Below, piece after piece: positions 1-7,763 of a DNA stretch of 63,452 nucleotides (positions are counted from its first letter, which is position 1; each line of letters begins with the position of its first letter). The stretch spans positions 1-63,452 of the forward strand of contig JBFMAY010000024.1 of the NCBI GenBank assembly GCA_040755455.1, given 5' to 3'. Source of the stretch: Thermodesulfobacteriota bacterium (lineage in GTDB: Bacteria > Desulfobacterota > Desulfobulbia > Desulfobulbales > SURF-16). Both the position numbers and the translations under genes were made by a program. Below the pieces are notes generated by a model. The model was given only the letters and a program-made list of their open reading frames with translations, was not told the origin of the DNA and made no database searches.

Positions 1-85
1 CTCTGCCATGGTAATAAACGCCATACTGCTAATCCCCCTGGACGACAACGCGCAGTTACGCCCTCGCCATGCACCTGCTGCATTT

Positions 86-394
86 TTACCCGGCCGATTC
101 TGCTGGTTTTCTCACCGGCGGTAATACTAACCATTCAAGACGATTATTGATCTCTGGTGGATTAGTAATGAAATGATGTGCTCTTCGTTGAAACTCCCTC
201 AGAATATAATTTTCGCTACTTTTCAGTGCTATTGTCGGGTATTTATTTTGCCAAAATATTCTTTCTATTTTTGTGCTTAATTGCCATTCATGATTCGACT
301 GTCCTCTAAAAATAAACTGAGGCATTTTTTTACCGAGAACAACAACATCCTCCCAAGTTCTAGCGCGAAATAGCAGTATGTTTTTGTCTTTCAC
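86..394 (-). pseudogene. FRG-domain protein, 3'-truncated
   Basis: Translation has FIFRGQSNHEWQL...LREFQRRA...LEWL, the FRG N-terminal half. It stops shortly after, where QHYG.PTRLLDW would be expected, and the DNA changes from AT-rich to GC-richer near 125. Confidence 0.7.
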
Positions 395-491
395 TGGAGT
401 ATTTTCCCCTAGTTTTGGGAGGGGGAAGAATCGAATTACATTAATAATTTATTGTTTTTAAAAAGAAAATATTTCTAGCTTTTTTATATGA

Positions 492-591
492 GCCCCCAAA
501 AAGGCCCCCAAACTTTGACCGCAGAAGTCGAACCCGCACTCTGCCTTGATACTATTGGTTTTAAATGTGCTGCGTAGCACCGATGTAGCAC
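492..591. repeat. attachment-site-like region: two tandem direct-repeat pairs around a tRNA T-arm-like fragment
   Basis: GCCCCCAAA at 492-500 and 504-512; GTAGCAC at 574-580 and 585-591. The minus strand of 521-537 reads GCGGGTTCGACTTCTGC. Confidence 0.35.
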
Positions 592-707
592 ATCAGGGAT
601 AACCTGCCGCGAGTAAACTGGGAACTGCTTTCAAGTACGTAAACACGTTGGTTGCAACACCAATAAAACTGACGTGCTCGCGGTTAGCGTTGAACCCATG
701 GTTAAGC
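585..707 (-). mobile_element. degenerate integron attC site
   Basis: Minus strand: R'' GCTTAAC overlaps the upstream stop codon, then CATGGGTTCAACGCTAACCGCGAG ... CTCGCGGCAGGTTATCCCTGAT forms an imperfect hairpin with bulged bases. R' reads GTGCTAC instead of GTTRRRY. Confidence 0.55.
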
Positions 708-986
708 TTTTTCTTCGTATTTCTCAATGGTTAATAATGCAAAGTCGCCTATTTTTTGGGTTGATACTTGCAAAATATAAGGAGTTGTTTTGTCCGTTTT
801 TTTTATGTCCAGAACAGCTTGGACATTGTTGTTCGCTTCTCCTGTTACAAAAGTACCAACTACTGCGTTTTTAATTTTGCAATTTTCGCAGTTGCTATCT
901 AAGCCGCAGCCTGCTTCTGAAAAAGAGTGAACGCAATCGAAAACTTGGCCACCACGTTTAGCTTCAATTTGAGCAAGATCTTTAAA
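702..986 (-). pseudogene. C-terminal part of a Cys-rich hypothetical (possibly PAS-like) protein; no clear start codon
   Basis: KDLAQIEAKRGGQVFDCVHSFSEAGCG...CENCKIKNAV reads as protein-like, and its TAA falls in the attC R'' box as in gene cassettes. The upstream part of the 702..1217 ORF overlaps the antitoxin out of frame. Confidence 0.45.
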
Positions 987-1080
987 GGGGTCAGATCTGC
1001 TTTTGGCTTTTCTCGTGATCTCAAAATAAAATTTCCCCCTGCCGCGGAGCAATCGGCCATCACATCCCTTTGTTTTGCGT

Positions 1081-1386
1081 TTAACTATTTGTTTGGGCAG
1101 CTTCTGCATGCAATTTAATGCCGAGCGCTCCCATAACTTTAAGAATTGTTTCAAATGCAGGGCTTCGTTCCCCGGATAGTGCCTTGTAAAGGCTTTCGCG
1201 CGACAGGCCGGCATCACGAGCTACCTGCGACATGCCCTTGGCTCGAGCAATATCACCTAAAGCTTTAGCGATAAAAGCAGCATCTCCCGGCGCCTCCTCA
1301 AAACAAGCTTCAAGATACGCGGCCATTTCCTCTGAGGTTCGGAGATGCTCAGCAACATCGTAGCGGGTTGTGATAGTTTTAGCCAT
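1081..1386 (-). CDS. addiction module antidote (HI1420-like HTH antitoxin)
   Basis: YDVAEHLRTSEEMAAYLEA...ALGDIARAKGMSQVARDAGLSRESLYKALSGERSPAFETILKV; directly downstream of the toxin, with a GGAG RBS. Confidence 0.92.
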   Translation of the reverse strand: MAKTITTRYDVAEHLRTSEEMAAYLEACFEEAPGDAAFIAKALGDIARAKGMSQVARDAGLSRESLYKALSGERSPAFETILKVMGALGIKLHAEAAQTNS

Positions 1387-1397
1387 GATACACACTC

Positions 1398-1688
1398 CTA
1401 TAAATTTTTCGCAAGCCGCAAGGCTGTTTTGATATTTCTGGTCTGGGTGTGCTTGTCACCACCAGCCAGCAAAATAACTACGGATAGGCCTTGCTGCTTA
1501 TAATAGACTCGATACCCCGGCCCATAATTAATCCGCAACTCTGAAACGCCTTCACCTACAGGTTTAACATCCCCAGGATTTCCTGCTGCCAATCGTTCGA
1601 TCCGTACCAAGATTCGTGCACGAGCACAGATATCGTCCAAACCATCAAGCCACTTAGCAAAAGTCTCGGTCTTACGAATTTCAATCAT
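1398..1688 (-). CDS. addiction module killer protein (RelE/ParE superfamily, HI1419-like)
   Basis: FAKWLDGL.D...RIERLAAGNPGDVKPVGEGVSELRINYGPGYRVYY...ILLAGGDK. Confidence 0.92.
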   Translation of the reverse strand: MIEIRKTETFAKWLDGLDDICARARILVRIERLAAGNPGDVKPVGEGVSELRINYGPGYRVYYKQQGLSVVILLAGGDKHTQTRNIKTALRLAKNL

Positions 1689-1694
1689 AATCAA

Positions 1695-1723
1695 ATTGTA
1701 GCCATTTGGCTACATGCTGTCAA
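1695..1723 (-). promoter_or_regulatory. sigma70 promoter of the TA operon with overlapping palindromic operator
   Basis: Minus strand TTGACA-17 nt-TACAAT. The palindrome TGTAGCCATTTGGCTACA (1697-1714) covers the spacer and -10. The toxin ATG follows only 6 nt after the -10. Confidence 0.8.
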
Positions 1724-2073
1724 TATGGATTTTAGGATGTGAGCATTGAAATAATAAAAAAATCAGAAAAACTCTTACACGAGTATAAAATCTTACTTAT
1801 CTAACGATTTTACACCCTCAAAAAGTCAAGCTAGCTATCCCATTTCGAGCAAAGTGAAGAAGTTACCAAAATCCCGGCGTAATTCAGCTTGAATAGATAT
1901 CCTCTGGCAATTCTTGATCTAGGATCATATACGAAAACTTAGCATTATTTCCTGAGTATCTTGGACAAGTTCATAGATATCTTGACTTCCCTAATGAAAG
2001 TAATATTTCCATAAAATAACTCAGCGCTCTTTTCCCTCGAAATTGATTACACCTGTTTTTCTTGTCGAGGTCT

Positions 2074-3105
2074 TTATACATTGAAGAGAAAATGACAGAT
2101 GTCGCCGTCCTCGATAATATAATCGCGACCCTGCAGCTGCAACCTGCCTTTTGCCTTAACGGCCTGCTCGGAACCCAGTTCAATGAGATCATCGTATTTG
2201 ATCACCTCGACCCGGATGAAGCCGCGTTCGATGTCACTGTGGATCTTGCCGCCTGCTGCCGGCGCGCTGGCGCCTTTTTTGATAGTCCAGGCCCGGCATT
2301 CATCTTTGCCGACCGTGTAAAATGACATCAGGCCAAGGGCGTCGTAAAGCGCTGCGTTGATCCGTTCCAGGCCGGGTGCGGAAAGGCCCATGGCCTCAAG
2401 GAATTCCTGTTGCTCGCCAAGGTCTTCGATGGCGGCTATTTCCTTTTCTATCGCGCAGGAGATGGCGAAGATGCCGGCCTCGAAATCCTTGCCGATATCA
2501 TCCTCGGCGATATTGTATACATAGAGAATCGGGGTTCGTGTTATCAGACCAAGGCTTTTGATGGCGGTCTCCTCATGGGGTTCAAGGGACACGGTCGAGA
2601 GCAGTTTTTCTTCATCAAGCGCTGCCTGGAAGCGTTTGAGAATATCTTCTTCAAGCTTCTGGGCCTGACTTTGTCCGCCCTTTTTTTCCTTGGCAAGCCG
2701 TTGCAGCCGTGTTTCGACCAGCTGCATGTCGGCGAGCAGCAGTTCGGTCTCGATATTGGCCCGGTCCCGTTGGGGATCAACCGAGCCGGCAGGATGATAG
2801 ACAGCTTCAGATGCAAAAGCGCGGATCAGGATACAAAGAAGATCACAACGGCGGGCAGGATCCATCCATTCCCGTGTCTGGCTGCCCTCGGCAATATCGG
2901 GACAGAGCGCAAAATGATTCTCCGCATAGGTCTTTTTGCCAGGTTTGAAGAGATCGGCAAGGACGTCAATGCGTTTGTCCCGGATTGGTCCAACGCCTTC
3001 CAGAATTTCACCTGGTTTCATGGATGCCGGCACATTACGTCCGGTCAGGAGGGTGAACAGTGTTTTTTTGCCTGTGTTGGTCAGGCCTAATAATGCGATT
3101 TTCAT
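2074..3105 (-). CDS. ychF: YchF/Ola1-family ATPase (divergent)
   Basis: N-terminal P-loop GLTNTGKKTLF; C-terminal TGS/DUF933 region FYTVGKDECRAWTI...AGGKIHSDIERGFIRVEV...DYIIEDGDICHFLFNV. Confidence 0.85.
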   Translation of the reverse strand: MKIALLGLTNTGKKTLFTLLTGRNVPASMKPGEILEGVGPIRDKRIDVLADLFKPGKKTYAENHFALCPDIAEGSQTREWMDPARRCDLLCILIRAFASEAVYHPAGSVDPQRDRANIETELLLADMQLVETRLQRLAKEKKGGQSQAQKLEEDILKRFQAALDEEKLLSTVSLEPHEETAIKSLGLITRTPILYVYNIAEDDIGKDFEAGIFAISCAIEKEIAAIEDLGEQQEFLEAMGLSAPGLERINAALYDALGLMSFYTVGKDECRAWTIKKGASAPAAGGKIHSDIERGFIRVEVIKYDDLIELGSEQAVKAKGRLQLQGRDYIIEDGDICHFLFNV

Positions 3106-3172
3106 GGTTTCTCATTGTGTGCAGAGGTTCAGATATTTCCAAGAAGAATACTGACCGGGATTAGAGAACAAA

Positions 3173-3715
3173 TTACGATTCAGCCAGCGGATAGACCGCC
3201 TCCTGCTGGTGAATCGCCCCTTTTGGCGTCAAAACGCTTGAATACAGATAAAAACTGTCAACATGGAACTCCGGCAGGGTGAACAGGGCATTGCCCGATA
3301 GAAAATTGGTCAGCCTGACCAGCGGGGTCTCCCTGAGCCGGGCGATGGTGATATGCGGGGAAAAATTCCGCTTTTCCGCCGGGATACCCAAGCTGGCAAG
3401 CTCTCTGTCAACCTTTTTGCGCAACTGCAGGAGCTGCTCGGACTTTTCCATGCCCACCCAGAGAACCCTCGGCTCCTGCCTGGGCGGGAAATAGCCGAGT
3501 CCCTTCAAACACATGGGAAATCCCTCGGCTGCCACATTCTCAAGATCCGAACGGATTTCCCGGAAAAGCCCGCCGTCCACCTCGCCGATAAATCGCAAGG
3601 TCAGATGCAGCTGGTCCGGGGGCACCCATTTGGCGCCGGGCAGGCCGAAACAGATGGAGCTGAGTTCATTTTTAATGGTTTCAGGCAAATCAACGGCGAC
3701 AAAAAGCCTTATCAT
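3173..3715 (-). CDS. thpR: RNA 2',3'-cyclic phosphodiesterase (2H phosphoesterase)
   Basis: RLFVAV, HLTLRFIG and PHITIAR 2H motifs. Confidence 0.92.
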   Translation of the reverse strand: MIRLFVAVDLPETIKNELSSICFGLPGAKWVPPDQLHLTLRFIGEVDGGLFREIRSDLENVAAEGFPMCLKGLGYFPPRQEPRVLWVGMEKSEQLLQLRKKVDRELASLGIPAEKRNFSPHITIARLRETPLVRLTNFLSGNALFTLPEFHVDSFYLYSSVLTPKGAIHQQEAVYPLAES

Positions 3716-4004
3716 ATCTCTCCTGACTCCGGTTTATTTTCGTAATTACTCAGGTTGTTGAGGCTATCAGTAACTGAAACATACCAAATAAAGCACGCTT
3801 TGCCCCCTTATTTCCCAGTGCTTTTTGCTGGCAGACTACAGTCTGATAGTCTCAACAACCTGAGCAGTTGCTCATTTGCAAGACATTGCCGCACCGGGGC
3901 ACGGCTTCAGCGACGACGTGGAATAGTAGCAAAAAGACAGGCATTATGGCAAACGATATTCAAGGACGCCGGGGGGAAAGCGGTGAAAAAACCGGGAAGC
4001 GGAA

Positions 4005-4160
4005 ATGAGGAGGCCCCGGGATTGCTCCCGGGGCCTGAGGGTTGAGAGTACTTTGCCTATTTGCCGATACCTGCTGGTGGCCCCGGCATACAGGACTTTG
4101 GAGGAAACACTGACTCTTAGGAGGAGAGTCGTACACCAAAGGAGAGAGGTGTTTGTTGCT
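4005..4160 (-). ncRNA. candidate small RNA with anti-Shine-Dalgarno loops
   Basis: Hairpins ACACC-UCUCUCCUUU-GGUGU (4133-4152) and GACUCU-CCUCCUA-AGAGUC (4112-4130), a strong 3' hairpin at 4011-4036, a sigma54 motif upstream, and no credible ORF. Confidence 0.5.
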
Positions 4161-4170
4161 TTTCATATAA

Positions 4171-4186
4171 AGCAACACTGATACCA
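4171..4186 (-). promoter_or_regulatory. sigma54 (-24/-12) promoter
   Basis: Minus strand TGGTATCAGTGTTGCT, with GG-N10-GC spacing. Confidence 0.6.
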
Positions 4187-4486
4187 CCAACATCATTTTT
4201 TTTATTTTATTTGACAACATGCTGCAATCACAGCAATTAATATGTCATCTTCCCCCCGCGGCAAATAAACGGCCATAAAACTTGCCGGCCTTTATCGGGC
4301 AAATCACCGAATTTGTCCCGGCGATCTGGGCAAATGGCCAAAAATCCAAAAACACTTTTACTTTCCGCAAAAAAACTATTATTTCATCATCAATACGAGA
4401 TGCCATTCCGGCAATCAGGTTGACAAGTGTCAGGCAATGGAATAATTTTGCCGTCTATTTTTTTCATTTTCCCATCGGAGACAACA

Positions 4487-5203
4487 ATGCCCCATGCAAT
4501 AAAAGATGCCGCGGCCGGTAAAATCTGCGTTTCCATTGCCCGGCAGGATATCGGCAGTGCCATCCAGGCCGCCCACAAGGCCCAGGCCCTCGCCGATGTC
4601 ATTGAAATCCGGCTGGACAGCCTGACTGAGCCGGCCATTGCGCCGTTCATGCAGCAGATTGGCACCCCCCTGCTCTTCACCAACCGGCCGCAGTGGGAAG
4701 GAGGCCAGTGCCGGGAGCCGGAAGAAAAACGCCTTGACCTGCTCCTGCAGGCGGTGCAAGGCGCGGCAGCCTATGTCGACATCGAGATGAAAAGCGACAA
4801 AGCCGCGGTGCGCCGCCTCTGTGATGCCGCCAGGGAAAAATCTGATACGTCAGTGATCATGTCCTGGCACAATTTTACGGTAACGCCCGAAACCCTTGAG
4901 CTCACGGATATTTTTTCACGGCAGCGGGATTCCGGTGCCCATATCGGCAAAATAGTCACCATGGCCCATGACTTCACCGATGTTCTGCGGGTCCTGCAGC
5001 TCCAGGAACTGGCCCACCGCCAGGGCTTTCCGCTCATCGCCTTCTGCATGGGCCGGGCCGGCATGATCAGCAGGGTGGCTACCCTGGAACTGGGGGGCTT
5101 CATGACCTATGCCGCTCCCGATGCAGGCGGGGCCACGGCCCCCGGTCAGCTGGCCGCGGCTGACCTGATCAATTGCCTGAAGAATTTCGCCCATGCAGAT
5201 TAA
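4487..5203 (+). CDS. aroD: type I 3-dehydroquinate dehydratase
   Basis: ICVSI, IEIRLD, FTNR...EGG, VIMSWHNF, GKIVTMA, AFCMG..GMISR motifs; GGAG RBS; in an operon with aroE/aroA. Confidence 0.92.
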   Translation: MPHAIKDAAAGKICVSIARQDIGSAIQAAHKAQALADVIEIRLDSLTEPAIAPFMQQIGTPLLFTNRPQWEGGQCREPEEKRLDLLLQAVQGAAAYVDIEMKSDKAAVRRLCDAAREKSDTSVIMSWHNFTVTPETLELTDIFSRQRDSGAHIGKIVTMAHDFTDVLRVLQLQELAHRQGFPLIAFCMGRAGMISRVATLELGGFMTYAAPDAGGATAPGQLAAADLINCLKNFAHAD

Positions 5204-6011
5204 CGGCAGCACCATCCTCCACGGCATTATGGGCAATCCGGTGAGCCACAGCCTCAGCCCGGCCATGCATAACAGCGCCTTTGCCGCCCTGCAGCTCAAT
5301 GCCGCCTATGTACCGTTGCCGGTGACCGATGTTGCCGGCGCCATGGTCGGCTTCAAGGCCCTGGGCGTCAGAGGGGTGAGCGTCACCATCCCGCACAAGC
5401 AGGCGGTGATCCCCCATCTTGACGCTATTGATCCCGTGGCGGCGCGCATCGGGGCGGTCAACACCCTGAACATTGAAAACGGCCGGATCACCGGCCACAA
5501 CACCGACTGGATTGGCGCCAACCGGGCCCTGGCAGAAAAAATCGACCTGCCCGGCAAAAAGGTGCTGATCCTCGGGGCAGGCGGCTCGGCCAGGGCCATC
5601 GGCTTCGGCCTGCTGGAAGCAGGGGCGCAACCGCTCGTCGCGAGCCGGACCCCGGCCAGCGGCCGCGAACTGGCCCGGACCCTCGGTTGCCCCTGGCATC
5701 CCGTGAGCGAACTGCCTGAACTTGCGGCGGATTGCCTGGTCAACGCCACCTCGGCGGGCATGGCGCCCCATACTGACATAAGCCTTGCGCCAAAAGCATG
5801 TCTTTCCCGCTTTGCCGTGGTAATGGATATCGTCTATGCCCCGCTGGAAACAAAACTGCTCCGCGAGGCGCGCGAGGCCGGCTGCCAGGTGGTGAACGGC
5901 CTGGCCATGCTGCTTTACCAGGGCGTTGCCCAGTTTGAACTGTGGACCGGCAGAAAGGCCCCGGTGGAAACCATGCGGGAAAGCCTGCTGGCGGCGCTTA
6001 CCGCGAAATAA
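5193..6011 (+). CDS. aroE: shikimate dehydrogenase
   Basis: GNPVSHSLSPAMHN, VTIPHK, IGAVNT, GHNTD, GAGGSARA, DIVYAP, GLAMLLYQG. Confidence 0.96.
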   Translation: MQINGSTILHGIMGNPVSHSLSPAMHNSAFAALQLNAAYVPLPVTDVAGAMVGFKALGVRGVSVTIPHKQAVIPHLDAIDPVAARIGAVNTLNIENGRITGHNTDWIGANRALAEKIDLPGKKVLILGAGGSARAIGFGLLEAGAQPLVASRTPASGRELARTLGCPWHPVSELPELAADCLVNATSAGMAPHTDISLAPKACLSRFAVVMDIVYAPLETKLLREAREAGCQVVNGLAMLLYQGVAQFELWTGRKAPVETMRESLLAALTAK

Positions 6012-6037
6012 AAAAAACCAACTAGCGACTACTCCCC

Positions 6038-7309
6038 ATGATAGAAATTAAACCAGTGCAGCATATTCACGCCACCATCACGGTTCCCGGCTCCAAGAGC
6101 ATCACCCAGCGGGCGCTGATCGCCGCGGCCCTGGCCGGCGGCCGCTCCACCCTGCTCACCCCGCTGGCCAGCGAGGACACCGCCTATACCTCCGACGCCC
6201 TGCGGGCCATGGGCATTGACCTGGACACCGCCGCCGACCCGTGGACGGTAAACGGCACGGGGGGCCGCATCACAACCCCGGACAAAGAGATATTCTTAGG
6301 CAACAACGGCACGGCCACCCGTTTTCTCACCTCGGTGGCGGCCCTTGGCCACGGCATCTTCACCATCAGCGGGGAAAAGAGAATGGAAGAGCGGCCCATC
6401 GCCCCCCTGATGCAGGCCCTCGCCGGCTGGGGCGTCGATATAGCAAGCATCAAGGGCACCGGCTGCCCGCCGCTGCGCATTGCGGCGGACGGCATCGCGG
6501 GCGGCCAAACCACCCTGCCGGCGGGAAAAAGCAGCCAGTATCTTTCCTCGCTGCTGCTCGTCGCCCCTTACGCCCGGCAGAAGGCCGTTCTCACCGTCGA
6601 AGGGGAGGTGCCATCCAAACCCTACGTCGTCATGACCCTGGCCGTGATGCGCTCCTTCGGCATCGAGGTGAGCGCAAGCGACAGCCTCAATCACTTCGAG
6701 ATCAGCCAGGGCTGCTACCAGCCGCAGACCTATCAGGTTGAAGGGGACGCCTCCAGCGCCTCCTATTTTTTCGCCGCCGCCGCAGTCACCGGCGGCACCG
6801 TCACCGTCACCAATGTCCCGGAAGTCTCCCTGCAGGGCGACACGGCCCTGGTGAACATGCTGGAAAAGATGGGCTGCCGGGTGACCTACGGCAACGGCAT
6901 CACCGTCACCGGCCCCAAGGAGCTGCGCGCTATCGAGGTGGACATGGGCGACTGCCCGGATGTGGCCCCCACCCTGGCCGTGGTGGCGTCCCGGGCCAGG
7001 GGCCGCACCGTCATCAAAAACATTGCCCACCTGCGCATCAAGGAGTGCGACCGCATCAATGCCATGGCCACCGAACTGGCCAAACTCGGGGCTCACGTGG
7101 CGGAACAGGAGGACGCCCTGATTATCGAAGGGCTGGCCCCCGGTGCCGCCATGCACGGTGCCGAGATCGAGACCTACAATGACCACCGCATCGCCATGTG
7201 TTTCGGGGTGGCCGGTCTGGTCGTGCCGGGGATACGTATTGCCAACGAAAAATGCGTGGCCAAATCATTTCCCGACTTCTGGGAGCGTTTCGCCCTGCTG
7301 TACCGATAA
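6038..7309 (+). CDS. aroA: 3-phosphoshikimate 1-carboxyvinyltransferase (EPSP synthase)
   Basis: PGSKSITQR, LGNNGTATRF, SSQYLS, LRIKECDRI, DHRIAM, KSFPDFW. Confidence 0.97.
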   Translation: MIEIKPVQHIHATITVPGSKSITQRALIAAALAGGRSTLLTPLASEDTAYTSDALRAMGIDLDTAADPWTVNGTGGRITTPDKEIFLGNNGTATRFLTSVAALGHGIFTISGEKRMEERPIAPLMQALAGWGVDIASIKGTGCPPLRIAADGIAGGQTTLPAGKSSQYLSSLLLVAPYARQKAVLTVEGEVPSKPYVVMTLAVMRSFGIEVSASDSLNHFEISQGCYQPQTYQVEGDASSASYFFAAAAVTGGTVTVTNVPEVSLQGDTALVNMLEKMGCRVTYGNGITVTGPKELRAIEVDMGDCPDVAPTLAVVASRARGRTVIKNIAHLRIKECDRINAMATELAKLGAHVAEQEDALIIEGLAPGAAMHGAEIETYNDHRIAMCFGVAGLVVPGIRIANEKCVAKSFPDFWERFALLYR

Positions 7310-7630
7310 CACCACCCGCTCCCTCTGCCGCACCGCCGGACGCCACTGGCCAAGCTGGATCAGGCTGCTGGCGGGGCAGGCATCGACGCACACCCCGCAG
7401 GACACGCAGGCAAACGGCTCATATTCCCACCGGCCTTCTTTTTTTCTCACCGTGAGGCATTGCGCAGGACAGACCCGGGCGCAGGTACCGCACAGGATGC
7501 ATTTACCCGCATCATTCACCAGCTGGCCGCGGGAGCCGGCAAAAAGCGGTCGCGGGTTCCGCGGGTATGGCCGGGTGGCGCAGCGGCCATACAGATTGCG
7601 GATGAGCAGCGGAATCATGAAAACCATCAT
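7265..7630 (-). CDS. echF: Ech hydrogenase subunit F (2x[4Fe-4S])
   Basis: CILCGTCARVCP and CVSCGVCVDACP; ATRPYP motif; AAGGAG RBS; last gene of the ech operon. Confidence 0.9.
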   Translation of the reverse strand: MMVFMIPLLIRNLYGRCATRPYPRNPRPLFAGSRGQLVNDAGKCILCGTCARVCPAQCLTVRKKEGRWEYEPFACVSCGVCVDACPASSLIQLGQWRPAVRQRERVVLSVQQGETLPEVGK

Positions 7631-7641
7631 CTCACTCCTTA

Positions 7642-7763
7642 TTGCAAGTTGCATTTCAGACCAAGACCGCGAAGGCAAGCGAGCAGCTACGAGACAGTAC
7701 ATGGAGTACGGCGAGGAGCAGCACAGCATAGCCGGCAAAGGTATCGGTGAAGGCGGCTTGGAA
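7642..7763. repeat. imperfect palindromic (MITE/RPE-like) element between echE and echF
   Basis: Imperfect terminal inverted repeat TTGCAAGTTGCATTTCA ... TGAAGGCGGCTTGGAA around a central GCAGTACATGGAGTACGGCGAGGAG hairpin; fills a 133-bp gap in an otherwise tightly packed operon. Confidence 0.45.

Noticed and set aside
1..24. Possible start of a minus-strand gene (MAFITMAE...) running off the window
   Set aside because: Only 8 codons are visible, so it cannot be supported or identified.
515..545. tRNA gene
   Set aside because: Only a T-arm-like fragment; no acceptor, D or anticodon arms could be built.
1790..1830. Integron attI site (minus-strand GTTAGAT)
   Set aside because: A 7-mer match only; the neighbouring gene is ychF, not intI.
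3960..4220. 86-aa ORF, or 6S/SRP RNA
   Set aside because: The ORF lacks an RBS and protein-like features. No SRP GGAA tetraloop motif or 6S long-hairpin pairing was found by eye, so the region is kept only as a candidate novel sRNA.
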